Part shown: positions 35,440 to 45,972 of the stretch, one piece after another | Layout of the letters: every line of letters begins with the position of its first letter | Numbering within the stretch: position 1 is the first letter of the stretch | NCBI GenBank assembly: GCA_016186395.1 | Contig: JACPLU010000003.1 | Span: 148,022 to 212,021, forward strand | DNA: 64,000 nucleotides | Direction: 5' to 3' | DNA from: Parcubacteria group bacterium | GTDB taxonomy: Bacteria > Patescibacteriota > Minisyncoccia > 2-02-FULL-40-12 | Notes under the pieces: model-generated | Databases searched by the model: none | Told to the model about the DNA's origin: nothing | The model's input: the letters and a program-made list of their open reading frames with translations, nothing else | Position numbers and translations under genes: made by a program

Positions 35440-36960
35440 CTATTGTTCATTTGGATCTTTTCTGTCCAAGAAAATATCAGGTGTTCCCAGTCTGCCATCA
35501 GCCCAAACAATGAAAGCTATCCCATCTAACACTTCAGCGTTGATGTAATCTCCAAAGTTTAAAAATCTTTCTTCAGATTTAGTTTTTAACCAGTCCGAAG
35601 ATACGTCTGTAATTCTTTTGTTTTGTCCAAATGTTACCCCATCATCAAAAGAAAAGGCAGCGTACACATCGGTAATAGCCGGAAGGGTTGTTGTCGCACT
35701 TCTCCTATCGTACCAAACAGCAACAACAACGTTATTTTCCTGGTCTGCGCTAATCCATGGGAAAAATTGATATTTTCCGCTGGCATCATCATTTATGGGT
35801 TTTTCAGCTATGTTCCAAGTCTTACCCGTGTCGGTTGATCTTGCCACATAAATATCAGGATCTCCAGAAACATTCCCGCCTATAAAAGAAATTAGAATTG
35901 TGCCTTGAGGCGTAATCGTAATTGAGGGAAATTCGTTAATAGATCCCCGGCTGTAACCTACAGGTGGTCTATTAGAAATTTTATTGATTTTAGCTACAAA
36001 CTTAGTCGGTTCAAAAGTTTTGCCATGATCACTGGATTTAGATATCCAAATTTCAGGGTTAGGTCCGTGCCAGTCGCGTTGCCATGTAACATGCAAAGTT
36101 CCATTTGGTGCGACTGCCGGGTAAGAACCCTGATTTATTTTATCCTCTTCCTCGCTATGTACAATTACAGGTTTCGACCAGGTTTCGCCTCCGTCTTCGC
36201 TTTTTACTAATTCAATTTGGCCGTTAGACATTAGCTCTGGAAATCTTGTGTAGCTAACGTAAATTGTTGTCTGTTCGGTTTTTGTGTCTATGGTTAGGTA
36301 TGGTTTATCCAAAAAATCTCGAGAAAAAACCGTTACTTTAGGTTGACCGAACACTATTTTTTTCAATTCAGTATTTACTTCGCCGGTTGATAATGATATT
36401 GCGTAAAAACCGCTTTGAGCGTCAAGCCTTGGCCAAAGTAAGCTCGATACACGAAAGCGTTTTCCGTCACTTTTAACTCCAGGATCCCCAAAAAACATTT
36501 GAGGCGTATTTTCAGCTCCTGGCAGTTTGCCTTGATCTTGAAAAGTAATGCCGCCGTCAAAAGAATAGGCCATTCCAGTAAAAGAACCTAAAGTAGATTT
36601 GCTGTAAATGCCCTCTGAAGTATTGAAATTACTTAATATGACTTTTTCATCGTTTTCAAGTCTCATAACGCCTATTGAAGGTTCTTGTTGGTTTATACCA
36701 ATTCTGGTTATATCATTTACTAAAACATTTTTATCTTCCGTTTGACTTGGAGATTCCCGTCCTTTTTTTATTTCTGCTTTAAATTTTTTCTGTTGTAAAA
36801 AGTACGATTGAACGGCAGAAGAAAAACGTTCAAACTCATTATTATTGAGTGTTGGTGTTTCAATGTTTTTTTGTGGTTCGGTTTGCGCATAGACTTCAGA
36901 ACTTCCAAAAACTAAAATGATTAATAATATGTAATTTGTTACGATTTTATAATATCTCAT
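35440..36960 (-). CDS. Secreted BNR/Asp-box repeat protein (sialidase-like beta-propeller)
   Basis: Signal peptide plus repeated S-x-D-x-G-x-T-W motifs: SEDGGETWS, SSDHGKTFE, STDTGKTWN. Confidence 0.6.
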   Translation of the reverse strand: MRYYKIVTNYILLIILVFGSSEVYAQTEPQKNIETPTLNNNEFERFSSAVQSYFLQQKKFKAEIKKGRESPSQTEDKNVLVNDITRIGINQQEPSIGVMRLENDEKVILSNFNTSEGIYSKSTLGSFTGMAYSFDGGITFQDQGKLPGAENTPQMFFGDPGVKSDGKRFRVSSLLWPRLDAQSGFYAISLSTGEVNTELKKIVFGQPKVTVFSRDFLDKPYLTIDTKTEQTTIYVSYTRFPELMSNGQIELVKSEDGGETWSKPVIVHSEEEDKINQGSYPAVAPNGTLHVTWQRDWHGPNPEIWISKSSDHGKTFEPTKFVAKINKISNRPPVGYSRGSINEFPSITITPQGTILISFIGGNVSGDPDIYVARSTDTGKTWNIAEKPINDDASGKYQFFPWISADQENNVVVAVWYDRRSATTTLPAITDVYAAFSFDDGVTFGQNKRITDVSSDWLKTKSEERFLNFGDYINAEVLDGIAFIVWADGRLGTPDIFLDRKDPNEQ

Positions 36961-37137
36961 TTTCTCATCTCCATTTTTAGTTTTTAAAGAACAAAAGCCA
37001 GAAACTTCTACACTAAACCTAGCTAACCTAGGAATAGAGTCGAAATTTCTGGCTTTTTAGCACAGAAGATGCCCTTTTCTTTCCAGTTGACTCAAATATA
37101 CCGTACGAATAAAAAAGTGAAACTTTACAATTTAACT

Positions 37138-38001
37138 TTATTGGGTTTTAATAAAAAATCTGGTTTTTTGTTTAACAAGTTCTTTAACGGCTCTTATTGC
37201 TGATGCGAGATATTTATAGGGCGTGGTTTCCTCCGGTTTTTGATGCAATGCTTCTTCTAAGCTTTCTTTGTAAGCAACCCTTAATTCTGTATTAAAATGT
37301 ATGTTCGATATTCCGTTATTAATGGAGTTTATTATATCTTGATCTTTCAGTCCTGACGCACCATGAAGAACTAAAAATACATCCGGAATAGTTAAAGATA
37401 TTTGTTGTAGTCGGTTTATATCTAGTTTTTCTTCTTGGTCTGTAACAATACCGTGAATGTTACCAAAAACGATAGCTAATCTGTCAACACCGGTTTTTTC
37501 TACGAATACTTTAGCTTCTTCGGGTTTGGTAAAATCTTCGGGTGTTATTTCTATTTTTTGTTGTACTTGGGAGGACCCTCTTAAATATCCGAGTTCCCCT
37601 TCAATAGAAACATCGGGATTTTTATTTTTAGCATACTCCAGAACTTTTTGGGTCAATTTAATGTTTTCCTCAAATTCAAGGGTTGAAGCATCAATAATAA
37701 TAGAATCATAGCCTTCATCTATGGCTGTTTTGCATTTTTCAAAACTTTTGAAGTGATCGGCATTTAGAAAAACCGGAAAATTATAATCTTCTCTGATAGC
37801 TCTTACCAGAGCTACAGCTTCTTTTAAGCCAAGGAAACTTGCTTCACCTTCAGATGTACCGACCATAACAGCTTTTGCTCCAGCCTCTTTTGATCCTTCA
37901 ACTATAGCCCTTAAAACGTCTGCAGTTGCAAAGTTAAAATGTCCAATTGCTTCTTGTTTTTCTTTTGTCTGTTGAAGATAATTATTAAGATTATTTTTCA
38001 T
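37138..38001 (-). CDS. fba: Class II fructose/tagatose-bisphosphate aldolase
   Basis: GHFNF...AVMVGTSEGE...LNADHFKS...IIDAS are class II aldolase zinc-site motifs. Confidence 0.8.
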   Translation of the reverse strand: MKNNLNNYLQQTKEKQEAIGHFNFATADVLRAIVEGSKEAGAKAVMVGTSEGEASFLGLKEAVALVRAIREDYNFPVFLNADHFKSFEKCKTAIDEGYDSIIIDASTLEFEENIKLTQKVLEYAKNKNPDVSIEGELGYLRGSSQVQQKIEITPEDFTKPEEAKVFVEKTGVDRLAIVFGNIHGIVTDQEEKLDINRLQQISLTIPDVFLVLHGASGLKDQDIINSINNGISNIHFNTELRVAYKESLEEALHQKPEETTPYKYLASAIRAVKELVKQKTRFFIKTQ

Positions 38002-38059
38002 GTTTTATGTTTTATGCCGTCTACGGTTCCAGTCTTAGCTTTGGTGGGCTCCGTATGTT

Positions 38060-39319
38060 TTAAAGTTCAACAAATCCATTAATAATGTTTTCTGTAATCA
38101 GGCTATTCATGCGTTCACGGCCAAGATGTTCAGAAAAAAGTTTATTCCACAAAGCTTCTTGTTGGTGATATAAATATTTTATTTGCCCCTTTTTAACCAG
38201 CGACATTATAAGATCTATCAGGTCAAAACTAACCAGTTGCTCTTCCCCATTTTTATTTTTGAAGAAATCTCCTATAAAATCTAGACCAGCCCAATAACCT
38301 AAATTTAATTTTCCTTCTTCTTTGCCTACAATTCTTGATAGGCGCCCTAAATCTTCTTCGACTTTAAACCAATGTTCGGCCTCGGGATTTATATGTTGTT
38401 CTGACAATCTAAAATCATTTGGGTCATCCTTTGCTAAATATCTTTGTACTACACGCCATACGGTTTTGTCTCCATCTGGAAGTTTATTCTCCGAAACATC
38501 ACCACGCAATAATGATTTAAGTTTTGTTGAAAAATCCTTATCATTTGCAAATTTGTAGAAAAGTCCGGAATAAAAAGGCACCTCATGCAGGTAGTGTATA
38601 ATTAAAGTAAAAAGTCTCAAGGTTTCTCCCGGAGTGTCGATTTTTAGGGGAATTATAAAAATTATCCCATATTCTTTTAAGTGGCTTACGTTATGATACT
38701 TTTTTTCTAGAAATTTTTCTGCTACTTTGAGCCAATTTTCGTCTAAAACATGTAAGGTTACTTCTCGTTCCTCAAAATCTTTAATAGTCAGTTCGGTATA
38801 GGCTTTGTCAAAAAAATTGTGCATCCACTCGGTCGTTTGAGTAAAACGTAGAGCACTGGCTATAGAGGCAAATTCTTCCTTTTCAACAAGCTCTTTAACG
38901 TCTTTGTATTGAAAATGATTAAGCAAGTTTTGAGGCGGGTCCTTTTCAAGCAGTTCTAAAAACTTTTCTTTTTTAATAAAAAGCCCCTTTGGCGGTGTAA
39001 ATACTCTAAAAGCCGTTTCGCAGAGTTTTCCGCAAACTTTTGACATATCGGCTAGATTTGGCCTATCTAAGATTTCAAAAAGATGAGAGTCAAGATGAAT
39101 TAATCTATCAACTAAAGCTTCGTAGACTTCTTCTGCTTTGGCTTCTCTAGTAAGACCGAGTTCACTTAGAGTTCTACCAACAATAATGTCATTTTCTTTT
39201 ATTATATCTTCTAATACTCCTTCTTGTCCGCTTAAAGCCGTCATTTTAGCATCTAGATTTAAAAGCACCTCTGGTGAGGTTCTAAGAATTCTAGCTAATT
39301 TATTGATTGGTTCTTGCAT
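38060..39319 (-). CDS. Hypothetical protein (419 aa), embedded in the sugar-phosphate gene cluster
   Basis: ORF with no recognisable motif. Confidence 0.35.
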   Translation of the reverse strand: MQEPINKLARILRTSPEVLLNLDAKMTALSGQEGVLEDIIKENDIIVGRTLSELGLTREAKAEEVYEALVDRLIHLDSHLFEILDRPNLADMSKVCGKLCETAFRVFTPPKGLFIKKEKFLELLEKDPPQNLLNHFQYKDVKELVEKEEFASIASALRFTQTTEWMHNFFDKAYTELTIKDFEEREVTLHVLDENWLKVAEKFLEKKYHNVSHLKEYGIIFIIPLKIDTPGETLRLFTLIIHYLHEVPFYSGLFYKFANDKDFSTKLKSLLRGDVSENKLPDGDKTVWRVVQRYLAKDDPNDFRLSEQHINPEAEHWFKVEEDLGRLSRIVGKEEGKLNLGYWAGLDFIGDFFKNKNGEEQLVSFDLIDLIMSLVKKGQIKYLYHQQEALWNKLFSEHLGRERMNSLITENIINGFVEL

Positions 39320-39328
39320 TAATACAAA

Positions 39329-40342
39329 CTATGAAAGATTTTTAATTTCCACTTTTACTAATGGCCACGGTCCCCAGTCGTCCTTTTTAAGTATTCCTTC
39401 TTTTGCACCAATCTTTGTTACAACCGATGAAGCGTTAGCTGTAGCAAATTGGATCGCTTTTATTATATCTTCTGTTGACGGTTGACGGTTGGTAGTTGTT
39501 CGTTGTGCGATTTGTGCCACAAATCCACTGCTAAATGCATCACCAGCCCCAGTTCTTTCAACTATTGGCGAATCCGGCACCCCGGCGCTATAAAGATTTT
39601 TTCCGTCTGAAACCGTTACTCCATTATGGCCTTTGGTCATAACAAAAATTCCTTCGATTGCTTCATCCATAAATTTAAATATTTCTTTTTCATTTTGATA
39701 ACTAATTCCGGAAAGTCCGGCGGCTTCTTCTTGATTCATAATAACAATATCAAAGTTTTTTAAAATAGGTTTTAGTTTTTCAAGGCCATGGGCAAGTTCT
39801 TTGCCTCCGGGATTAGTCGCTAGTTTAATTTTATTTTCTATTGCCCAATTTACAGATTTTTCAAGTAAGTCATAGTGGCCGCCAAGACTATCTAAAAATA
39901 ACCAATTTGTCTGAAGTTGGTCAAAATGTATTTTGTTAACATCAAAATGCTGGCTTTCACCTTTATAGCTTAAGATGGTTCGCTCGGCATTCGGTAAGGT
40001 AAGAATAACCGAATATGCAGTTTGGTCGTCATTGTGAATTTGAAAAATTGGTTCAACATTTTCTTTTTTTAGTTCCTCAACGATTTCTTTCCCATTTAAA
40101 TCCTCTCCTATCACACCAATACACGCAGTTTTTAGTCCTTGTCTAGCAAAGGTTACAGCAGAATTTGTTCCTCCTCCGCCAGTGGTGTTTACAATCTCTT
40201 TAATTTCTATTTTAGATCCTAAAGGTAAACAAATTTCTTCTCCTGTTGGTGAATCAGCGTGTTTTTGTAGTTCAAAATCTTCAGTTTTCAAAAAAACATC
40301 TTTTGTGGCAGAACCAATTGTAACTATATCGTACATAAGCAC
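39329..40342 (-). CDS. PfkB-family carbohydrate kinase (ribokinase-like)
   Basis: VTIGSATKDVF resembles the N-terminal GG-type motif. The C-terminus TGAGDAFSSGFV is the PfkB signature. Confidence 0.75.
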   Translation of the reverse strand: MLMYDIVTIGSATKDVFLKTEDFELQKHADSPTGEEICLPLGSKIEIKEIVNTTGGGGTNSAVTFARQGLKTACIGVIGEDLNGKEIVEELKKENVEPIFQIHNDDQTAYSVILTLPNAERTILSYKGESQHFDVNKIHFDQLQTNWLFLDSLGGHYDLLEKSVNWAIENKIKLATNPGGKELAHGLEKLKPILKNFDIVIMNQEEAAGLSGISYQNEKEIFKFMDEAIEGIFVMTKGHNGVTVSDGKNLYSAGVPDSPIVERTGAGDAFSSGFVAQIAQRTTTNRQPSTEDIIKAIQFATANASSVVTKIGAKEGILKKDDWGPWPLVKVEIKNLS

Positions 40343-40357
40343 TTTTATTCGTACGCA

Positions 40358-41017
40358 CTATTCGTTAAGTGTATCTACTTTTAATTCTTCTATTGCTTTG
40401 GCTATATTCTGGCTGTTAAAAATATAACTTCCGGAAATTAAAATTGACGCTCCAGAGGCGATACACATTTTAGCATTGTCGGGTGTCATACCGCCGTCAA
40501 CTTGAATTGGGGTATCTGGGTAAATCTCGTGCAGTTTTGAAATTCTGGATAAAGTATATCTTATAAATTCTCTTCCGTAAAAACCTGGATTTACACTCAT
40601 AAGTTGAACTCCATCTATATTATGAATGTGTTCATTTAAAATTTCCAGTTGTGTTTCCGGATTAATTGTAGGTATTATTTCTTTTCCCAGGCCATGTATA
40701 ATTTGGATGATTTCTCCAAAAGTTTCTTGGCTTGGTTCTAGATGGATTATAAACTTATTAACTGGCGTATCTAGCCAATCTAGGAAACGCTCTCTTGGGT
40801 CTTCAACCATCAAGTGGACTTCAAATTGAAGGTCTTTGTTTAATAAGTTTGGTATGAGCTGTTTAATTTCTAGCGGTCCGGCAATGGTTTGATTAGCAAC
40901 AAATTTACCATCCATTATATCTATGTGGACTCTACTAACATGAGGTTCAACTTTTTGAACCATAGTTTCAAGTTCTTCGTAAGTTTTTGCAATAATAGAA
41001 GGGATAATTTCAATCAT
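40358..41017 (-). CDS. rpe: Ribulose-phosphate 3-epimerase
   Basis: PSIIAKTYEEL...HIDIMDGKFV...FEVHLMVEDP...VDGGMTPDN match the Rpe TIM barrel. Confidence 0.85.
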   Translation of the reverse strand: MIEIIPSIIAKTYEELETMVQKVEPHVSRVHIDIMDGKFVANQTIAGPLEIKQLIPNLLNKDLQFEVHLMVEDPRERFLDWLDTPVNKFIIHLEPSQETFGEIIQIIHGLGKEIIPTINPETQLEILNEHIHNIDGVQLMSVNPGFYGREFIRYTLSRISKLHEIYPDTPIQVDGGMTPDNAKMCIASGASILISGSYIFNSQNIAKAIEELKVDTLNE

Positions 41018-41020
41018 AAT

Positions 41021-41293
41021 TTAGAAAGTTGTATGTCCTTCGTGTAGACGCACGGTTGTTTTTGCCTTGCAATCCAATCTTTGGCATTTCATTTTTATTT
41101 CTTCATCTTTACCTCCGTGTAAAATTTGGTGTTCACCGGGGATTTCTATAAAGTCGTGTCCTCCCAAAAAACACTGGAGCCTGTTGCCAATCTTTTTACA
41201 TTTCATTTTAGTTCTCTCAATAAAATCTACTTTTTGATCGAGGGCATTTTCGTTTTTCGAGTCATTTGGTAGCGATGGAATTTCAGATTTCAT
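41021..41293 (-). CDS. Small zinc-ribbon-like protein (90 aa)
   Basis: It carries two cysteine pairs: KCKKIGNRLQC and KCQRLDCKAK. Confidence 0.3.
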   Translation of the reverse strand: MKSEIPSLPNDSKNENALDQKVDFIERTKMKCKKIGNRLQCFLGGHDFIEIPGEHQILHGGKDEEIKMKCQRLDCKAKTTVRLHEGHTTF

Positions 41294-41299
41294 GTTTTT

Positions 41300-42289
41300 T
41301 TATTCAATGATATTAGGTGGTATATGACCTTCTAATGCTTCTATAATATTTTGTGCGGCAAGTTCAGCCATTTTATTGCGCGTTTCTTCTGTAGCAGAAG
41401 CAATATGAGGAGTAAGAATTATATTATCCAGCTTTAATAAATCAGGATTAACGTTTGGTTCGTTTTCAAAAACGTCTATGGCAGCTCCTTTGATCAAGCC
41501 CTTCGACAGGCTCAGGGCAAGCGCTGTTTCATCTACAATGGGTCCCCGTGAGGTATTAATTAAATAAGCGGTTGGTTTCATTTTTTTAAATCTATCTTCG
41601 TTAAATAAATGATGGGTTGAATCTAATAAAGGAACATGAATGGATACAAAATCGCAATATGGAAGCATATTATCAAGATTTTGATAATATACAGCGTTAT
41701 ATTCTTTTTCGAATTCTTCATTTCGTTTTGTATCATTATAAAGTACTTTCATTTGAAATCCTTTTACTGTATGATAAGCGACTCGCGTACCAATTCTGCC
41801 AAGCCCCACGATACCAAGAGTTTTCTTTGATACATCGGTTCCTAAAAGTAATTCCGGTCCCCAGGCTTTATACAATCCAGCTCTGGTAAATTTATCTGCT
41901 TCAGGGATGCGATGAGCAATTGAAAGCATTAAGGAAAATGTATGTTCAGCTACCGTATCTGTTAAGACCCCAGGAGTATTGGTAACCATGATTTTTCTTT
42001 CTTTAGCCGCCACAAGATCAATATTATCAAAGCCAACTGCATAATTGGCAATTATTTTTAAAGTTGGTAACCCGGCATCCATAATTTCAGCATCAATTTT
42101 TTCAGTAAGTATGGAAAGCAATGCATCGAAGGCTTTGCTTTCGCTCTGAGCTTGTCGAAGAGCAGTCACAATCTCTTCTTTTGTAGCTTCTCTATCTTTT
42201 GCTCCCTCATTTACAGTCACTTCATAGCCCTTATCTTTTAAGAGCTTGATACCGATTTGTGGTATTGGTCGTGTAATAAATATTTTCAT
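41300..42289 (-). CDS. D-isomer-specific 2-hydroxyacid dehydrogenase (glyoxylate/hydroxypyruvate reductase-like)
   Basis: GIVGLGRIGTRVA is the NAD-binding fold, along with a catalytic His/Glu/Arg arrangement. Two short GC-rich palindromic inserts lie in the CDS. Confidence 0.8.
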   Translation of the reverse strand: MKIFITRPIPQIGIKLLKDKGYEVTVNEGAKDREATKEEIVTALRQAQSESKAFDALLSILTEKIDAEIMDAGLPTLKIIANYAVGFDNIDLVAAKERKIMVTNTPGVLTDTVAEHTFSLMLSIAHRIPEADKFTRAGLYKAWGPELLLGTDVSKKTLGIVGLGRIGTRVAYHTVKGFQMKVLYNDTKRNEEFEKEYNAVYYQNLDNMLPYCDFVSIHVPLLDSTHHLFNEDRFKKMKPTAYLINTSRGPIVDETALALSLSKGLIKGAAIDVFENEPNVNPDLLKLDNIILTPHIASATEETRNKMAELAAQNIIEALEGHIPPNIIE

Positions 42290-42291
42290 AT

Positions 42292-42759
42292 TTAATTTTC
42301 TATTACGTTAATTTTTTCTATTCTTCTTTTGTGTCGTTCTTCATCTGAAAAAGGAGTCTCAAGCCAAAGTTTAATTGCATTTTTAGTTGTGTCTTCGTCT
42401 AAAAATGATGCGCCTAAAGCGAGGACGTTGGCGTTGTTATGTTCGCGGGAAAGTTTAATTACATTTTCATTGTGATCAGTTTTAGCTGGAGTGTAAAACA
42501 CAACTGCTCGAACTCCTTTAAATTTATTGGCTACCATTGCTTCACCTTGGCCTGAACCCCCAAGAACTACGGCTTTATTATTTTCTGTGTCTTCTGAAAC
42601 TTTTTGTGCTGCTTTAGATATGAAATCCGGATAGTCGTCTTCTGGGTTAAATTCAAACGCCCCGCAATCTTCAAATTCAAAACCCCACTGGCTCAACCAT
42701 TTTTTTATTTTTTCTTTTAATTCATAACCTCTATGGTCAGTGGCTAGATAAATCATCAT
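42292..42759 (-). CDS. rpiB: Ribose-5-phosphate isomerase B (RpiB/LacAB family)
   Basis: MMIYLATDHRGYELK...VLGGSGQGEAMVANKFKGVRAVV matches RpiB. The start was moved to the second Met; the upstream hydrophobic stretch is probably not translated. Confidence 0.75.
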   Translation of the reverse strand: MMIYLATDHRGYELKEKIKKWLSQWGFEFEDCGAFEFNPEDDYPDFISKAAQKVSEDTENNKAVVLGGSGQGEAMVANKFKGVRAVVFYTPAKTDHNENVIKLSREHNNANVLALGASFLDEDTTKNAIKLWLETPFSDEERHKRRIEKINVIEN

Positions 42760-43033
42760 TAAATAGTAAGAAATAATAAATATAAAATTGGAACTATAAC
42801 CAAAGTACCCAACATAAAACCCCATCTAAATTTTCGTTCTGTATAAAACCTCTGTAGTGGACTTGTTAAAATAAAAGGTAAGCTTAGTATGATCATGAGA
42901 AATAAAATTATTTGTGCATCATTTTCGTTGCGCAGGAAAAAATATTTAGAGGAAAAGCCAACAATACTAGCCCAGATTAGAGCAGCAATAAAACCCACGC
43001 TATATTTATTAATTTCTATTTTGGATTTTAAAT

Positions 43034-44017
43034 TTATTTTGGGTTAATGCTGAACTTATTTAAATATTGAACTGCACTTAATGTTGCAATGCAGCCTTGA
43101 CCAGCGGCAATAACAATTTGTTTAAATGGCACATCAGTTACATCCCCTGCGGCGTAAAGACCTGGAATATTTGTTTCGCAATTAGCATTTACTTTTATTT
43201 CTCCAAAGGCATTTTTTCCAACTTCAGCTGGTACAAGATTTGAATTAGGGATCATGCCAATATGAACAAAAATACCGTCTACTTTTAACTCTTGCTCTGC
43301 TCCAGCTTGATCTTTGTAGTTTAAGCTTGTTATGAATTGTTCGCCAACGATTTTAGTTGTCTGTGCATTATATATAATTTCAACATTCTTTTTAGATTTG
43401 AGATTGTCTATTAATACCTGGTCTCCTTTAAATTCAGGATTTTTATTTATTACATAAACTTTTGAAGCAATGTCAGCAAGCATAAGCCCAGATTCTAAAG
43501 CTGAATTGCCGCCACCGATAGTGGCAACAACTTTTCCTTGGAAAATTGGTCCATCACAAGTCGTACAATAACTTACCCCTTTATTTCTATATTCCTTTTC
43601 TCCGGGAACGTTTAACTCTCTCGGATGAACTCCAGTAGCAATAAGAACGGTTTTAGCTATATAATCGCAAGTTAACCCCCTTACCGTTTCTTCTTCTATC
43701 TTTTCTCCAGCCATGGTTATAGAGCCATCTTTTTTAGTAGTAATACAAAAAGTTCCGTCATTTTGTTTTGTAATTTTATCAACCCAAATACCTTCTTCAG
43801 GAACTACTTTATACAGTGCTAGGTGGTCTTTAAATTTTTGTGCCAAGGTTATACCGTCGGTTGTACCATCTCCCGGCCAATTACCAATTTCACCTGAAGT
43901 TGCTACTTCCCCACCAAAATCTTTAGAAATAATTTTGAAATTTAAATTCCTTCGCGTAGCATAAATACCGGCAGTTGTAGCCGCCGCAGAACCCCCTATG
44001 ATAATTAAATCAAACAT
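43034..44017 (-). CDS. trxB: Thioredoxin-disulfide reductase
   Basis: MFDLIIIGGSAAATTAG is the FAD motif and CTTCDGPIF the redox CxxC. It also has an NADPH-binding GGGNSA motif. Confidence 0.85.
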   Translation of the reverse strand: MFDLIIIGGSAAATTAGIYATRRNLNFKIISKDFGGEVATSGEIGNWPGDGTTDGITLAQKFKDHLALYKVVPEEGIWVDKITKQNDGTFCITTKKDGSITMAGEKIEEETVRGLTCDYIAKTVLIATGVHPRELNVPGEKEYRNKGVSYCTTCDGPIFQGKVVATIGGGNSALESGLMLADIASKVYVINKNPEFKGDQVLIDNLKSKKNVEIIYNAQTTKIVGEQFITSLNYKDQAGAEQELKVDGIFVHIGMIPNSNLVPAEVGKNAFGEIKVNANCETNIPGLYAAGDVTDVPFKQIVIAAGQGCIATLSAVQYLNKFSINPK

Positions 44018-44075
44018 GCCTCATTATTATAGCAAAAAACTTTTATATATAAAAAGCCGCATTATACATACGGCC

Positions 44076-44483
44076 TTAACAGCCAGGGTTATTTTGTAAT
44101 ATTCTACGCTTTTCAATATCTAGTTTTACAAAACTTTCCCATAACCTAGTTCTTTCCTTAGTGCAAAAAGGGGAATAATATCCAAGAAATCCTAAGCCGC
44201 AACTAAAAATAATCATTACAATTAAACTTATTTTCATCAACTCTGGATTTGAGAAAATCTGGTTTGAGTTTGAATTAAATCCTACAGCTAACACTAAACC
44301 GGATAAAATTAAGCCAAGTGCAGCGTCAACAAAAGCGCTAAGCCTTCTTTCTCCTTGTAGAACATATTTTAGTTGTTCTTTTTTTGCTTCTTGGAATTGT
44401 TTTTCTAACATTCTTGAATACTCTTGTTTGTTTACTCCACAATGTAGACAAATTTCCAATTCCGGAAGTAATATTTTTGCCAT
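44076..44483 (-). CDS. Hypothetical membrane protein with an N-terminal CxxC motif
   Basis: CLHCG is followed by two transmembrane helices. Confidence 0.3.
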   Translation of the reverse strand: MAKILLPELEICLHCGVNKQEYSRMLEKQFQEAKKEQLKYVLQGERRLSAFVDAALGLILSGLVLAVGFNSNSNQIFSNPELMKISLIVMIIFSCGLGFLGYYSPFCTKERTRLWESFVKLDIEKRRILQNNPGC

Positions 44484-44529
44484 AAACCCTCCTTTTCAAG
44501 TTTTTATTTTTAAGCTACGCTTTAAGAAT

Positions 44530-45921
44530 ATGCTAACAGATACAAAGAACTCGGTCAAATTATATTTATTTATTCTTATTGGATTAAGTCTTTTGACCAG
44601 GTTTATTTTTTTCTCCTATCCGGCAGAAACAGTATTTGACGAAGTTCATTTCGGGAAATTTATAAGTGCCTATTTTACGGGTGAGTACTATTTTGACATC
44701 CATCCCCCGCTTGGAAAAATGATGATTGCCGGAGTAGCTAAGTTGGTTAATTTCCATCCGGGATTCTCTTTTGAAAATATTGGCCAGAAATTTCCGGATG
44801 CGACTTATCAGTGGTTAAGGTTCCTACCCAAATTATTTGGCGCTGTTTTACCGGTTATTATTTTTCTGTTTGCCCTAGAACTTGGCATTTCTCCTTTATT
44901 TTCATTTCTTGCAGGTTTATTTTTAGTTTTAGATAACGCTTTAATTGCCCAGTCCAGATTTATACTTTTAGATTCTTTTCTTCTGGTTTTCGGTTTTACA
45001 TCTTTACTTTTTTATTTCAAGTCTCTAAAAAAAGAGAAAATTCTATATCTTTTGTTAAGCGGCGTATTTGCAGGCTTAGCCGTTTCTATTAAATGGACTG
45101 GGTTAACCTTTTTGGGGTTAATCTTTGTGGACTATTTTCTAAATCATTTTCAAGAAATTAAAAAGTCGTTATTAAGATTAGCTGTATTTTTAATTTTTAT
45201 TCCTCTGATTTTGTATTTTTCAATTTTTACAGTTCATTTTAAACTATTGCCTCATTCCGGGCCAGGAGATGCATTTCATACTCCGGAGTTTCAAAAAACC
45301 TTATTTGGATCTAAATATGCACTAGACAATAATGTTAAGTCATTGCCATTGCCAAAAAAGTTTATTGGGTTGAATAAGGAAATGTTTAGAGCAAATGCCG
45401 GGCTTGCCTCAACTCATCCATACGCCAGTAAATGGTATCAATGGCCGTTTATGACAAGACCGATTTATTATTGGAATGGAGCTGAAAATAATAACGCCAG
45501 GATTTACTTTTTTGGCAATCCTTTTATTTGGTGGGCCGCAACAGTTGGAATTATTATTTCGTTTTTAGAATTAATTAAGCAATTTTGGTTCTTTTTAAGA
45601 AGACAACAACCGATTTCGGGTATGTTTAGCGGGCCATTGTTAATACTTTTATTTGGGTATTGTTTAAATCTTTTACCTTTTATTGGGATTTCAAGAGTTA
45701 TGTTTTTGTATCATTATCTTTCAGCTCTTATTTTTTCTATTTTGATCTTAGCTCTTTTACTTGAGCAGAATAAAAACAGTAAATTTTTAAGTTTTCCTAT
45801 TTGGAAAGTTTTACTTGTTGGAGCTGTTGTGTTTTTCTTAATATTCTCTCCTTTGTCTTATGGATTACCTCTATTGCCTACAAACTACGAGCATTTAGTT
45901 TGGTTTCCAAGTTGGAGGTAG
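44530..45921 (+). CDS. PMT-family (GT39-like) lipid-carrier-dependent glycosyltransferase
   Basis: It is a polytopic membrane protein. AETVFDEVHFGKF...FDIHPPLGK is the PMT/ArnT-type loop-1 motif. Confidence 0.7.
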   Translation: MLTDTKNSVKLYLFILIGLSLLTRFIFFSYPAETVFDEVHFGKFISAYFTGEYYFDIHPPLGKMMIAGVAKLVNFHPGFSFENIGQKFPDATYQWLRFLPKLFGAVLPVIIFLFALELGISPLFSFLAGLFLVLDNALIAQSRFILLDSFLLVFGFTSLLFYFKSLKKEKILYLLLSGVFAGLAVSIKWTGLTFLGLIFVDYFLNHFQEIKKSLLRLAVFLIFIPLILYFSIFTVHFKLLPHSGPGDAFHTPEFQKTLFGSKYALDNNVKSLPLPKKFIGLNKEMFRANAGLASTHPYASKWYQWPFMTRPIYYWNGAENNNARIYFFGNPFIWWAATVGIIISFLELIKQFWFFLRRQQPISGMFSGPLLILLFGYCLNLLPFIGISRVMFLYHYLSALIFSILILALLLEQNKNSKFLSFPIWKVLLVGAVVFFLIFSPLSYGLPLLPTNYEHLVWFPSWR

Positions 45922-45972
45922 ACATCACGATTCTTGAAACTTGTAACTTAAAACATATAAGAAAAAAAATTT

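Noticed and set aside
42759-42998. A 79-aa hydrophobic ORF upstream of rpiB, and the extended N-terminus of rpiB
   Set aside because: It is probably AT-rich intergenic sequence translated by chance. rpiB conservation begins at the internal Met-Met. It is kept only as a low-confidence note.
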